Source: Enoplolaimus lenunculus (lineage: Eukaryota). From it: a stretch of DNA of 64,000 nt. This document shows, piece by piece, positions 50,596 to 64,000 of the stretch (its first letter is position 1; each line of letters begins with the position of its first letter). The notes under the pieces were generated by a model that was not told the DNA's origin, searched no databases, and saw only the letters and a program-made list of their open reading frames with translations. Position numbers and translations under genes: made by a program. The stretch covers positions 496,001 to 560,000 of the forward strand of contig JASANG010001329.1 in assembly GCA_030248215.1 (NCBI GenBank), given 5' to 3'.

Positions 50596-53500
50596 TCAAA
50601 TCAGCGTTAGCATTGGTTTAAATTGTGGAATTGGTGGCGGAACTTTTGTCGTTGGAGCTGAAAACGGGTCATGCTCGAATGAATGAGGTAGTTGCTCGGC
50701 GACGCTTATGCTACTCTGATGGCGATAATGCATCAATTCACGGATCAGCTGTAATCGCTCGCGTTCCAATTTTTGAATTTGTCCAGTATTTGCAGCGGCT
50801 TCCTGAACTAAGATTACAGCTGTTTAAAAACTTGACTTAATGAATCAAAGACTGTTAAATATATTCAATGGCGTAAGTGCGCTTATTATCGACTTTTGGA
50901 AACTATATACACCCATAAGTTTGAACCTAAACGTAAGCCTAATCTCCAATTTGAGTTATGGCAAAATTTGAAAATTTTGGCAACCGTGTTAAACAACATA
51001 AATACTGAGCAATGTCACAAGGTTGAAATATGATTTTTATTCTCTGTTACTTACGTTTTATACGAATTGGCGTATTGAAACAAAATAACCTGTGATTACT
51101 GACCCAAAATGCGAGTAATATACAAGCCTGGCCGATGTAAAGATCAGGAGCGGAACGTTTTTCAGTGGGGCTGGAATAGAGTAAGCTTAAGCTTTAGACT
51201 AATGTTTTTGCTTCGGCTTAGGCTTAGGCTTAGGTATCAGCTCATTCTTGCGCTTAGGTTAAGGCTTTAGAATATACGTAAACTACTTGTCTACCCCTAT
51301 TCAATGCATTGGCCACAAAACTTACCACAGAAAGTAGGTGATTTTGCTGTTTCAGCCAGTCTATTTGTGCTTCATACGATTTTGGCATACCGTTTGCAAA
51401 ACTGTCCAAACTGTTGTTACACGGAAGCGTTGTAGGCAATCCCTGTAAATATAACTGACCACTATGCTGGAGACGTCCTCGAAAAATAATAAAAACATTG
51501 CATCTACAAAAGCCATACCTTTCAAAATTCCACTAGAAATACTAAGTTCTCAATTTGCTATTTAAACCGTGAAATGGACATTTATACATTGGAAGTGTAC
51601 TATGCTTAACTTGCAGTACAGTAGCAATTGTTGACGATTTCCTTTCAAGCTGATACCTATAGATTTTGCCGACGTTCAAAATCGCGCAACAAGATTTTAC
51701 TATTAGTATCGTTCTGTTTTAGTCATGTAAAATAGTATTGTTATGACCAATAAAAAATATTTCACGGAATTTTGAAACTGGTTTAGTTTAATTTAAGCCT
51801 GATAAAAACAATTAAAATTCTAAATGGTTCGATAACCATAGAAAAAAATTGTTTCAGCGTTTTTGGAAAACGACGATAAAATTTATTAGCATGCGCATGC
51901 CACACTCTTCACCGTAACTTGCAATTGAATTTATAGCTTTTACGAAAGGTGTTTTCGTCGAGAAACGTATAGATGGGACTATTACTCACTTTACTTCCAT
52001 TATCAATAAGCATTGTGATCCGTCGATTAATTTCCGCAATATGGACACGTAAATAATTCAGGCGTTCTTCCTGAATGGCGTACTCCTGAAAATTTTAAAA
52101 CATCCGTAGGTAGTGAACACGTAAAAATACATTGCTAGGTATGCGGATATAAAGCAATTGTATCAGGTATGCGGATATAAAGCAATTGTATCACGCCACG
52201 CTACAGGCGAGAAAGCTAATTAACCAGGACTTAGTTAAATTGTTCGTCAAGTTAATATCACTTCAAAGAGATGCCAAGACGAAGACTTCTTGCGAAGACA
52301 ACAAAAATTTTGGTGACGTAAAGTATTATTGACGAAATCTGAAGGCTGTGGGATTAGCTCATTAGGTTGTGTACTGTGTTTAATATATCTGATATACACC
52401 AATAAACAGCTTGTGATGCGATTATTCTAAAATACAATTACATTTGTACGCAGTTGTCCTTAATATCGTCAGCTCCTGGTCAGACCCGTAGTCCGCTCAC
52501 CTAGCTAGGGTGGCTAAAAATTTTTCAGGAAAGGCATAAAACGGTTTTCGTTTAGTTACAAACAAGGTTGAAAAATTTTTATGGGGGTAAAAAATTTTCC
52601 ATTAAAGCAAATCCCGCCCCCTGGGTTCCCCTTGGCTACGGTCCCGTTCGTGGTGCATTCTGTAGTTACAAGGAACCAAGACAAACTAATTCAATGTCAT
52701 TTATAGGAATTATCGTGTAACAGTTGCAAGTTGCATGAATGAACATGAGCATCAAATAGCAAACGTTTAAATTTAAGCATCAACCGGTCATTGTTTACTT
52801 ACCATGGGAAGAGTACTGGCCATAAAAAGTTTTTGCTTTTTGTCTAACGCGCACTGTCGCTCGTGATACCAGTCGTTGAGTCTCGTTGCTGATTGCAGCC
52901 CACGATAGAGTAAATTGCGTTCTTCGCCTAACAATTGTTTGTGCTTCGTCTAAATCAGAATCAACAGTCTTACATAAACACGGGCATAACAACAGGCAGA
53001 TTCAAGGGGGAGCCAACTTGGCATAGTCCCCCAACAATGATCAAAATCCAAATTTTGTGCTTAGATTTAGTGCTAAAATTGTGTTTGGTTTCAACTATTA
53101 AATTTCTCGTGGTTTCCTGTCTGAAACTTCCGCACATAACACTGTGCACATTGAGAAAGCTGTACGATCATTTCTATCAGGTCCACGCAGAATAAAACTG
53201 TTTCATAGACAACCATCATTAGTAAATTGCCAATTCTATCAAAAGCACTAGAGTCTTAGATACTTTTTGCGCTATCGCCAACAAATCCGACTTTCTTGAT
53301 ACTTCCTTGTGAAGAAACCGACTGTAAGGATATTAAGCAACAATCTGGAGAACAGGGACAAGATGTATTCCCCGTGATCTGAACCATAAAAACTGTGTTA
53401 CAAAAAGTGTCCTGATTCGTGCTTTTTTGTGAAACTAGTAAATTTCTGCATGCTGACAAACTTTATATGAAACTATGATGGCAGCGAGTGGTATATAAAA

Positions 53501-56500
53501 ATCAATATTTGTCTATTGCTTTTTCTTGTACTTAGAGTTATTCAAACCCTGGCAATATTTATTTTCATTCAATGTCGCAGTGAGGCTTTGCAATTGTGCG
53601 TACGGCTTGCAGAATGAATAAAATTACGGACAGTGTCTGATTAGGCTAAAGTGGCGGCCTTCAATCCAAAATTACGGGATAGGAGCCCCTCTTGCAATGA
53701 TCAAAGTATTCTTCAGATTTTTTGTTTAAAATCTTCTTAGGGTGGGTTCAAATGGGGGTATAGGGCTCGGCTGCTCCGGACCAGATTACAGATAAATAAA
53801 TGAACTTACTGTTGATTCATTCGTTGGTACGGATAAAATAGGTTTTTCGTTGGACGCATCATGATTCCTGTCATTAGAATTGTCGCCATTAAATTCCGCT
53901 TCCTGCAAAACCAGCTACGTTTTGGGTGTCTTTTTTGGCGCCAACGTTTACAAGTTAAGAAATGACATTAGTAATCCTCGTACGCAAATGTAATATTTTC
54001 TTGAAATTACTTTAGATGTATTAATTTTCAAATTTAAAATACATAGTATTTTAGTTCAATACTTATTTGACGGATAATTACGCTTAGTATGAATGAAAGT
54101 AAATTAGCGAAGCGCAACCTCGACCACTACAATAATCATTTAACTTTCTTAAGCTCTAGTGCAACGTGGTAATTGAAAAGAAAACAGAACAATAAAAAAT
54201 TTACAATTTTTGACAATTTCTGACCAGTCACTAATATTTCTTACTAATTTTCCCAATTTGGGAAAGTAGCTACTAAAGCCTGATAGGCTGACGATAATAG
54301 TCAGTCGTATTCTCAGATGTGTGTCGCATCTATCGCCAGTTAGTAATAATCTTTCTCAGTTCAATCAGCAGCAAGCCTGAGGCAGCTGTTGGTTTCAAAG
54401 TTTACGTATACGAAAGTACAACAAATGAGAAGCTCCTTAGTTGCTTATACGAAATTTACAGCCTAAGCCTAAGCCTAAGCCTTAGCCTAAACCTAAGCCT
54501 CTTAAGCCAAGACCTATCACCAAGTGGCTAAGTGCAACGCTCATTTCAAAATTTGAAGTAAGCTTAATATCGTACTTCATCAATCCTAGCATGACAATGA
54601 TGATAACCGGGTTGTAACACGGAAGGTTTGGCGGCTTGCGATGGCAACGGATGGCTTAAGCGTTTCGAATGCGACAAAGCCTGTTGATACGACGGCGGTG
54701 GATTCGGCTTGACGTGGGACGCGTCTGAAAGTACGAAAATATAATTAACGCAAAAAGCCTATTTATTTTAAAACTTCTCCTGTGATGATGATGATAGGCT
54801 GAAGAACAACGCACATGCACTTTTAATTCGGCGTTACAATAAATATTTGTGTGACCAAAAAATTTGATTGGTGGGGCACAGGGTCAGCACGAAGTAGAAA
54901 ACCAAAATGTTGACTCCTAAACTACAATTGGTAGATCGTTAACGGACGGTTAGTTAATCAGGAAGTGAACATCGGACTAAAAATAATTTGAACTAACGGG
55001 GGTCGCGGCTCGCTGGCCCACTGTTGGTATGGCCCTGACGTGTACTCATGCAAAATTTATATTCTTTGGTCTTGATAACGGTTAATAGCGAGCGATGTCT
55101 CGACTAGTGTAATTTTGGAGCCTTATGGATGAGCCACAATATTTCACGTGCAGGGCCGATGGCAACGAGTGACCCACTATTCCAAGTAACTAATTTGCAC
55201 ACCTTGTCGATTGCTGGTAATTGACATATGGTAATAAAAACATTCTAAACATTTAGCAAATTTCGCTGTAATGTTTGCTTAAGTCATTAAAGTATAATAA
55301 AGACATTTTTTACAATTCTTACTTTACAATCAGAAGTTTTACAAAATTCATCTTAAGATTTTTAATTTAAAACATTTTCGTTGCAGGAAATGTCATTGGA
55401 GCCCAGCCAAACTATACAAAGCTAACCATAAGTTATGCCATTGCGCGGTGCATCATCCGAGCTTGCGCTGCTGTTATATCGTCCAGAACCGCAACTATCA
55501 ATTAAATTTGACGTTTCAATCGAACTGTTTCCGGAACTTGTTTGCTCAGGCGAAATCGAAGGCTCAAGCTGGCTGTGTTCAATTTGACAACACGAATCGA
55601 GGCGTGGGTTTGTCGCGCAAACGTGCTGTAATGAGTGCCTAAAACAACAGTGGGACTGCAGTTATAAATTTGTCATGCTCGCTTGAAGAGGTTAAGTAAA
55701 AGAGTTGAATTAAATTTTTAAGTTTTCAACGTGCGATATATACGTCTTCGGCGATTAGCATAATGCCTCGTAGCAAAACTACATAGGCCTATTCGTAGCC
55801 AGGTCACCTTGGTAGGAGTTGCTAAAAAAATTTAACGATTGCTACACAAGAGTTTGCGATGACTTATCAGTGAGTTTGAAACTTTACTAAGGGAAGCCAA
55901 AACTTTACTAATGGTCCTCTTAGCCCCTTCACGGCGCTTCTCTGTATACAGGCCCGAAATTGCAACCTCAGAATATACTGTAGTGACCCGAATAAGAGGG
56001 GGGGCGATATTTATTTGGCCTATCCAGCGCTCCGCCACCCTTCGCTACTGATATATATTCGGTACTACAAATCCATTGAATTAAACGTTTGTCTTGTAAA
56101 AAAAGCGTGAGCGATAATGCAAGTTCATAAGTACTTAGGAATGTACTTTCAAAACTGAAGTATGCTTTATAGTAGCGAACTCAATTTTATTTCGGCCTGG
56201 AGTTATTTATGCACTAATATTGGGAACAACTGACATTTATGGACTCTAGTTAGGGTTTAGGGACTCTATCCGCTTACGGACTCTTATTAGGGTTACGGAC
56301 TCCCATCGATTGGGACTCAAAATGGAGACCCCGTCTTATTACCCCCTATTATTCGGGTCACTACAGTACATGGTTTAAAATTACACTTTTTCTTGCTATT
56401 ATCACTACACTTACCTTACACCTGATAACTGTAAATGCGTTCTGAAGTGAATTCGTGGGTCTCCAATAATTTGACTATGACGATTTTGTTGACTTGATCT

Positions 56501-57511
56501 GTCGTTCATATTTCGCTGACCCCCAGTAGCTCTATATATATGATTATCGTTTGTCATTTGCCGTTGCGTGCCAGCAATAAATTGAGCTGAACTTGATTCA
56601 AAAATTTTGTCATAAATACAATTTTGACTTGCATCTTTATTATTATTATTATTATTATTATTATTGTTGTTGTTGTTGTTATTAGTAGTAGTATTTGGCT
56701 TATCCTGTGCATAACAACCGCTACAGTATTCGATTACTGGGTTCGGCTGCGGTTCGTTATTGTTAAAATCAGTGGTTTTGGAATAATTTAAATTAAAATC
56801 TGAATCTATAATATATTTCGCTGTGGGATCTTTAGAATGTAGTCTTGTTGGATTCGCGTTAAGGAACGTAGATGAAGGTAGGTCAAAAATGAGCGAAGTC
56901 GCTTTTGATTGACGTTTGCTTTTAGAATGTGACCGGATACGGACGTTTGCAAGTATATCCGGCGGTTGTTTTGTCGTCGGTAAGTTATCAGTTGTTTGCG
57001 CACGGCTTTGCAGATCACGCAGAAGTGCACAGTCTGGCGTTAAACCATTTGCGTTCGCGATATGCCTTAGTTCCGGATTACTTTGATATGTTGCCTCGAT
57101 GACGGAAGAATTTTCGTTGGGTAAACCAGTCAGCTTCGGCCTGGCGAGATGATGCGCAGCAAGACTTGCGTTACTGCTTCCTGAACAACTTCCAAGCGCA
57201 CTATCATCGTTGCTCGAGATTTGGGAAGTTATCGAACCGTTTTGAGGCGTTTGTCGACGTTTTTTCTCGTTGTTTATACCGCCTAGCCGGTGTGCAGTAA
57301 TACGAGCCAATGCTGTCATCGATCGTGAATTTCCGCTATTACTTGCGGGTTTGGTAATTGCTGCACCGGTGTTTTTGTTGTTATTGTTGTTGTTATTTTT
57401 AATAAATTTTTTAATCGGTAGTTGTATTTTAGTTGACCGCTGTGTCGTTGGCGGTAGATCGGTGCCAGATTTAGTGTGGTAGTAAATATGATCGTATGGC
57501 TGTTCGTTCAT
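50596..57511 (-). CDS. Suppressor-APC-domain-containing protein (SAPCD-like), about 705 aa, 8 coding exons
   Basis: Exons 57511-56415, 55638-55427, 54724-54576, 53902-53810, 52949-52803, 52085-51990, 51442-51326 and 50802-50596 (2118 nt, consistent phases). Segments QLLGEERNLLYRGLQSATRLNDWYHER, ERLNYLRVHIAEINRRI and IDWLKQQNHLLSVE....QIQKLERERLQLIREL match the SAPCD coiled-coil pattern as I recall it. The N-terminal half is disordered with poly-Asn. Confidence 0.8.
55978..56366 (+). mobile_element. Tc1/mariner-superfamily MITE, best-preserved copy
   Basis: TA|CTGTAGTGACCCGAATAA...TTATTCGGGTCACTACAG|TA. Confidence 0.85.
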
Positions 57512-58100
57512 ATTTGTAATAGGAATCGGTGTATATATTACCGTTTAATTTATTAATTTCTCATCAATTTTAATTTTGCACTGCAAAGAAATACCAAAAT
57601 GTTTACGAAACAATGATACATATTCGCGACGTTTGATAGAATTGATTACACAGCAAAATAAACGTTAACAACGTTTTAAAAACAGGAAAAATTCGTTGGT
57701 TTCAGATATGGCAAGAACTGACACATCTAAATTTTGGCTAAATCAAATAATTGCTCAAACAGTAGCTTGAAATTGATATCATGTGAGATAAATTATGCAC
57801 TTAAAAAACTTTCGCCAAAGTACAGAACAGGGCCGTAATAGTATTATAAGCTTGTACATAAGCATAAGCCTAAGCATTAAAATGAGCTTATACCTAAGCG
57901 TAAAGCCTAAACAATAAATTGTCTAAAGCTGAAGCTTACTCTATTGCGCAGTCCCACAGAAAAACGTTCCGCCCCTGTTAGGTCGCTGCCATCACTACTC
58001 AACAATAGCAACTTGACGATCGAGTCCGAGGGGATCACATTTTGTTGATGCCCCTGTAACTACTGTGCATACTTGAATACCAGTCGTAGTGGGACTACAT

Positions 58101-58969
58101 TTATTGAGCGAAGCTCGAACGCACGTAAGCAATTAAGGTAATATGCAAATTAGTTATTAGCTAACTATTCATTTATCGATTTTGGAGGTTTTTAAGCAAT
58201 TTCCTAAGATTCCTCGCATCCAAGAACCCTTCAGCCACCCTAATAATTATTGAAATAATTTAAAGTCATAATTTTTTTCACGTCAATTAAGCAAATATGC
58301 AAATTAGCTATTAGCTAACTGTTCGATAATCGCTTTTAAAGGTTTGTAGACAATTTATTCAGATTCTTCGCTCCCGAAAACCCATTATTGCTGAAACTAG
58401 ATTGCTTGTAACCCTAATAATTAGTGAAACATTGTAAAAAACGCCTAATTTAACCTTATCAATTATGCTTATATGCAAATTATCTATTAACTAACTACTC
58501 AATTATCAGTTTTAGACGTTTGTAAACAATTTATTCAGACTGCTCGCACCAAAAAACCTTCACTGCAAATTATCTATTAGCTAACTGTTCAAGTATCGGT
58601 TTTGGAGGTTTGAAAACAGTGTAGGCAGATTTCTCGCGACCAAAAACCATTTAATGCTGAAATTAAATTTCTTCCAACTGTAATAATTAGCGGAATATTG
58701 TGGAAAGTCCTAATTTAGGCTTAATTAATTATGCAAATTAGCCTGCAGCTAATAAACGGCTTTAAATTATAAAACCCCAACACGAGGTTAACACCCCAGG
58801 ATAATTAGCTTTCAAACAAAAAAATTATCAATATCGGTTTAGCCGTTCCTGAGATTCTTTTCGGACGGACAGACGGACGGACGGACATCCACCTTCGACC
58901 CCCAAGTACAAAACATAAAACGCTTCGCGAAACTCCGAGCTTTGCTCCGAGTTTCGCTTCGCTCAATAA
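58101..58969. mobile_element. DINE-1/HINE-like non-autonomous Helentron with internal tandem repeats
   Basis: 14-bp inverted termini TTATTGAGCGAAGC / GCTTCGCTCAATAA, adjacent hairpin GCGAAACTC..GAGTTTCGC, (GGAC/AGAC)n microsatellite at 58863-58886, and 4-5 diverged internal repeats starting (A)TGCAAATTA. Confidence 0.65.
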
Positions 58970-61900
58970 CAAAACAAGGTGCACTGTTGTTCGTATACAG
59001 TTTGTCCTTTGCTTACAGCTTGCGTTTGCTATAAAAGAACGGTCAAAACCAGGTACACGAGAAGCTAAGTATTAACAATCTCATACAGTTGAATCATCAT
59101 TAGCAGCCGCAAATATCGCGACAGAGGTTATTTCTTTGTTCGTTACTGGTAAAATTTTGAATAATTTTATCTCCACAAATTTACAACGGTATATAACATT
59201 TACTTGCGATGGAATTTGATAACACCAACACATTTAACGGCCAAAGCAAACAGTATTGTCAAACAAAATTAAAATCTGTGCTTGTTTACTTTCCCCGCTA
59301 CACAGGCGTGTTTATTTGACAGAAAACAACAGTCATCCCACATTACTGTTTATCATTTTCCTAAACTTAAGCCTAAGCCTAACTTAAAGGTGAAGCCAAG
59401 GCCCAGCAGTTGTGATAAAATGGACCTTAATACGACTTTCCGAATAACGAACAGTTCACGCGTTATAAAGCTGTCGAACGGTTCTGCAATCTGAGAATGT
59501 CAGTTTTCGATGGTACCTTCTTAGTAGATATTGACCGTCAAAAAACCGTGTTCGTATTCGTACTACTAATAAGCATACGAAATTTCTCCGTTACACATCG
59601 CATCTGCTTCACTATGGGAATTTATTGCAGTTTAACGAAATCTCGGTGTGTACTATGTGTGGACGCCATTTTGCGAATCTACGAAGTCATATTAGCCATT
59701 TTTACGTACACATTCTTTTCCAACAATGCACAGTACCGCTGCCCGATTGAACGCTTTGATCGCTTGAGCATTTGAAATCGTCAGGAGGAAAAACGTTTAA
59801 CGATACCCTCATAGCGGAAACCTTGGCATTTTTGCAGTTCCCCCACATTATAACAGTTTGCTTAGGCTTAGGCTTAGTTATAAGACTTTAGTTTCAGGCT
59901 TAGAAATATGCTTATACTACTTTTACGACGTTCAGCTCTATATGAGCCATTTATGGCGGGAACCTTTCCATTGTGAGAGGAAGCTACAGAAGTGCTGAAA
60001 CTTTAATTCCTGAATGTTTACCATCTCGCAATATATACTTGATATATAATCCACAATGAGTACAAAATATTTACCTGGATTCCTCGCCCGTAGCCAGCCC
60101 ACCGTGCTATGGGGGGCTGAAAATTTTTCAGCAGGGGCATATAAGGGTTTTCGTTGACTGACAAGCAAGGTTGATAATTACCTAGGGGGGCAAAAAGTTT
60201 CCGGGAGCCTTAGCCCCCCTAGGCTACGGGCCGGCTGTATTCTAATTTCACAGCTTGTTCTAAGTCACTTTTGAGCAGCACACTCGAAACTATCTGTTTA
60301 AATAACTAAAATGAATAGAATTTTAGTGAAAATTTTCACCAAACTATAAAACTTAACTAATTTGTTTATATGATATTTGCGAAAAGTTTGTCGTAATGCA
60401 CAGAAACTTCTTTTACTCGGCGTATACAGTTTGCAGCAACGCTCGCAAACAATCAAATTAATCTTTATACAGCGCTTTAGACAAGAATGCACGACTAAAG
60501 CGTTGTTAAAGTGAAAGAAACTCGACTTAAACTGTTTCAATGCTTGCGGCGACGGCGAAAACGTGTAAAGAATTTCGTTTCTCAGCATAATTCTTTATGC
60601 AGTAAGGCTCTTATACACATTTCATCATAGTTATTGTAATTTTCAGATTTTGGCACTACCATGACGTACGATTATGCATATGCTTAGGCTTATGTTTTGG
60701 CTCAGGTCCATGTTTGAACTCAATCTTTACGCTTGCGATGGCAAATGTACAAATACAACACAATACATATATGTTTTATATAGTATGTTCGTAGGAAGCT
60801 TAATTTGGCTAAAATTTAAATTACGACAGTTGAATCCGGGTAAAGAATTTGCTAACACGACTTATGCTTCGTACGGTACGCGTGACAAGATAATGTTGCA
60901 ACTACACAGTTTGGACGACTTTTTTCAACGAAAATTTACCGGAAGTTAAAACCATGCTAGAATGCAATCATTATTTCACCGCTTACCGCGCAAACACTAT
61001 GAATTCTAGTAAGTTTATTGCAAACATGAACGTTTACACCTGCATATTGGCTCTGCACCAGAAATGTGGGTAAGAATTTTTTATCCTCGGGTATACACAC
61101 GCAAAAAGATGTACCCGAGACGCACCTGTAATCCGCGCCTGAAGCTAACTCAGTTGTTTAATAATCGTAGGTTGTTTGCACTTTTATTAAGTTTTGCGTT
61201 ATAGCTTAAACGAATGTTATACAAGTAAGTTTACTAGAAACAATAAAATTTCAAACCCAACTAAATAAAGCTCCGGACAGGAACTGACCAGAAGTACAAC
61301 TAAAATTTCAAACCCAACTAAATAAAGCACCGGACAGGAACTGACCAGAAGTAAAACTGACAATAGCGTACGTTGTGCTCCTTAAAACTTAAAAGTTTGG
61401 CGTCGGTAACACTGTGAATTTTTACCCGCGCAATACCAATGTTAACCCGCGCTATACCCTCGTTTGAAATTCTTTACCCGACCCTTGTTTACCCGTGTGT
61501 ACTTGTGGGTAAAGACCAGATTGCTCTGCCCAGAACTATAAACCTGTTTCAAGAAATAAGAGCTTGTTCACGGAAATTAACAAGCTAAACTAATTAATTT
61601 TCCAAATTTTCTTGATACATTTAACATTTTAGAGTGTAGGTATTTCGTGCCTCAGTATAGAATAAGTTCTGAACAAAATCTGATGCATTAAGCGTAAAGT
61701 TTGAATCTATGACTAACCATAAGCTAAGTCTTAATGCCTCTGACTAAGTACTGCCACTGTTCTATACATAATGGAGTTGGAAATTCATATACAAACACGA
61801 AAGTTGATGTGCAGTCAGCAAAAAAATAAACTTAATTCAATTGTACTCGAACATGCGTTGTGTACAGCTGACCCATGGTTAGTTATTAAAACTTCAGTTC

Positions 61901-64000
61901 TCAATCAAACGTCTTTCACAATTGACGTAGTTGTAGACGTCAAAAAAATTAAACAATTCCTTCGCTACTCAAACGAATAAACGTTATAAAGACACCGAAA
62001 CGGAGGTCGACTGCAAAATATGTGCCGCCCCGCCACCAGGAATTGTTTTTGTAGAGGGAGCATAAATATTTTACAACCGTGGGCAAGGAAAAAATTTTCG
62101 TAACGCAAAATTTTTTAATGCTCTTGAAAAAATTTAAAACCAGGGGCGAAAATTTCTGTTGGGGCAACCGGGTAACTTCCATGAACCCCACATAGCTACG
62201 GATTTAAAATTATGAAACAAACCGAGACAGAAATAGTCAAACAAAAAGAGTTAAAATTAAATTTTATTTAGCGAAAGATTAACCAACAACAAAAAAAACG
62301 AAAGTCTGATTCGAAATATCGAAACATATCTGTTTTTTCAAATGATTAATTTCGTCACTAAAGATACAAGGAATTCTTCTTTGTATATGTTGTTGTGCCT
62401 TAAAATGGTATAAAAATTTGTTCAAAATTTAGATTTTGGCAGAAGGAAAACTGCAAGACTCAATACGGCTGGAGAAAGGGAAGTTTTGGGAAGAAAAATG
62501 ACCCACGTATCAGCCTATTGAACCACAAGTTGACGAGCATTATATATAAAATCGTTTTAAATATTTTCTCAATGACTTAAATATTTGTGTATATTTCTAT
62601 ACAAAATTGCACTATATACACTGTATAAATGGTTTACAATGGTGTATTGAAAAAGGCCAGGCAAACGTGCCGCATCAACCGCTTCAAATTCATTTTGACA
62701 CGTAGAGGTGGTACATTTTTGAATAATCGTTAATGATTTGCCAACTTTATATTCAAATGTAAAACATTTTAGTCGCTTTTTAGGGCACCAACCCTCCAAT
62801 CAAAATTGTTGGGTTCACCATTGCATACTTTATACATGCATTGTATGCATAGACGGGCAACTTGAACTACTTGAACTATTGCGACGGCATCGGAGAACGT
62901 TTGAAAAACGGCAAATATTTCATATGTCATTCTCGACAGCAACAAAAATTCAGTCTGACATCGTAAAATTCGCATCAATCATGGTGTGGAATAAAAGAAA
63001 TTGGACACACGTCGACAGGGCGTTGAATGATGTCCTATAAATGAAAGTTTGAGTAGAAAAACATTCAGAGTCGATCTAAAATTGCAACGTTTTGTTGCAA
63101 TTTATTAATGTGCCGGATATTGCAGTCTCAGGTGGAGTTAACCATAAAAATTAAAGTTATCGAATTTATATTCAACAATGATGGTATCTCGTTGCTTTTT
63201 CACAAATAAGTTTATGCAATTCAATTATTTTTTTTCTGCTCAAGAAAAAGCAGATGGCCTAGTGTAATGACAATAAAACTGTATATGCTTAGTGCCGATT
63301 TTACGGTGATCCCAGAAAAAAGGTTGGGTGCAATATAGACACCATTTTTTGGCTGTAAGGTATCAAACTCATATTTCGTAAATAGTAATACCTATGATTT
63401 TTTTGAATGATCCTGGAAAATATTAAGTTAAAGTTACTTTGTAATTTCTATTAGTTTTTCGTAAATTAATTTATTCGAGCTTTAATAATTGAACTGGTGT
63501 AAGTTTTTAATCATGATGAGCAGCGAGTTCTAGCGGTAATCTCATCCTAACGTTAAACCTAAAATAGCTCAGGCTGATAACAGTTCAACATCATAGGAAA
63601 GGCCAAAGAATTTTTAGGACGATCACGTGGCGTAGAGATTTGATATTGTGGTGAAAATTGGTACAATTTTACTTAAAGATGGCTGAGCCCACTTGGATTG
63701 TCCCTGCCTTCGAGTCAAAATAGCTACTGGGTGTAATGAACATATCCAAATATAATATCGCTATATATGTGCGAGAAAAGCCGAGAAATATATATCTGAC
63801 GATACCTGAAACTGCATGTTTCAGCTATTGAAGCCAAATAGGTTAACATGGTACGATTGTTGTTTCAGAATCACTCACAAATATTCATAGATACCCGCAG
63901 ACGCGCAGCAAAAGCGGGCATGCTTCAGCTTTACAAAACCTAATATCGCGTTTGGTTTCCCGCTCGCTTCATTCGCTAAACGTCTACCACCATTACAGAC

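Noticed and set aside
49840..61355. Short local tandem duplications (about 47 bp at 49840-49932, 29 bp at 52137-52193, about 57 bp at 61244-61355)
   Set aside because: Two-copy slippage duplications in non-coding DNA with no evident function.
59282..64000. Short ORFs in the last 5 kb
   Set aside because: No domain signal or phase-consistent exon chain; probably upstream or intronic DNA of the SAPCD-like gene with MITE fragments.

Overview
AT-rich, intron-containing animal genomic DNA. It is probably a nematode, inferred from the many TTTCAG acceptors and interspersed TTAGGC repeats. I reconstructed four spliced genes by hand on the minus strand with consistent intron phases: a Shab/Kv2-related K+ channel (1894-5935, about 632 aa), unc-119 (16100-20767, 218 aa), a tandem-GNAT acetyltransferase-like gene (29464-32902) and a Suppressor-APC-domain (SAPCD-like) gene (50596-57511, about 705 aa). 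Two convergent ORFs (27730-28310 +, 40269-41132 -) are divergent paralogs of a family I do not recognise. Two mir-219-like hairpins lie at 38.5-39.2 kb. The rest is dense with non-autonomous transposons: Tc1/mariner-, Harbinger-, hAT- and CACTA-like MITEs, a probable Helitron with an 18-bp minisatellite, a DINE/HINE-like element and a BEL/Pao remnant. The most unusual element is a roughly 270-bp TTAA-flanked inverted-repeat unit that carries a tRNA-Gly-derived Pol III promoter. It occurs solo, with a duplicated external 27-29-bp linker, and as a near-identical 12-copy array at 44156-47660. All calls come from manual reading and remembered family motifs; no database searches were run.
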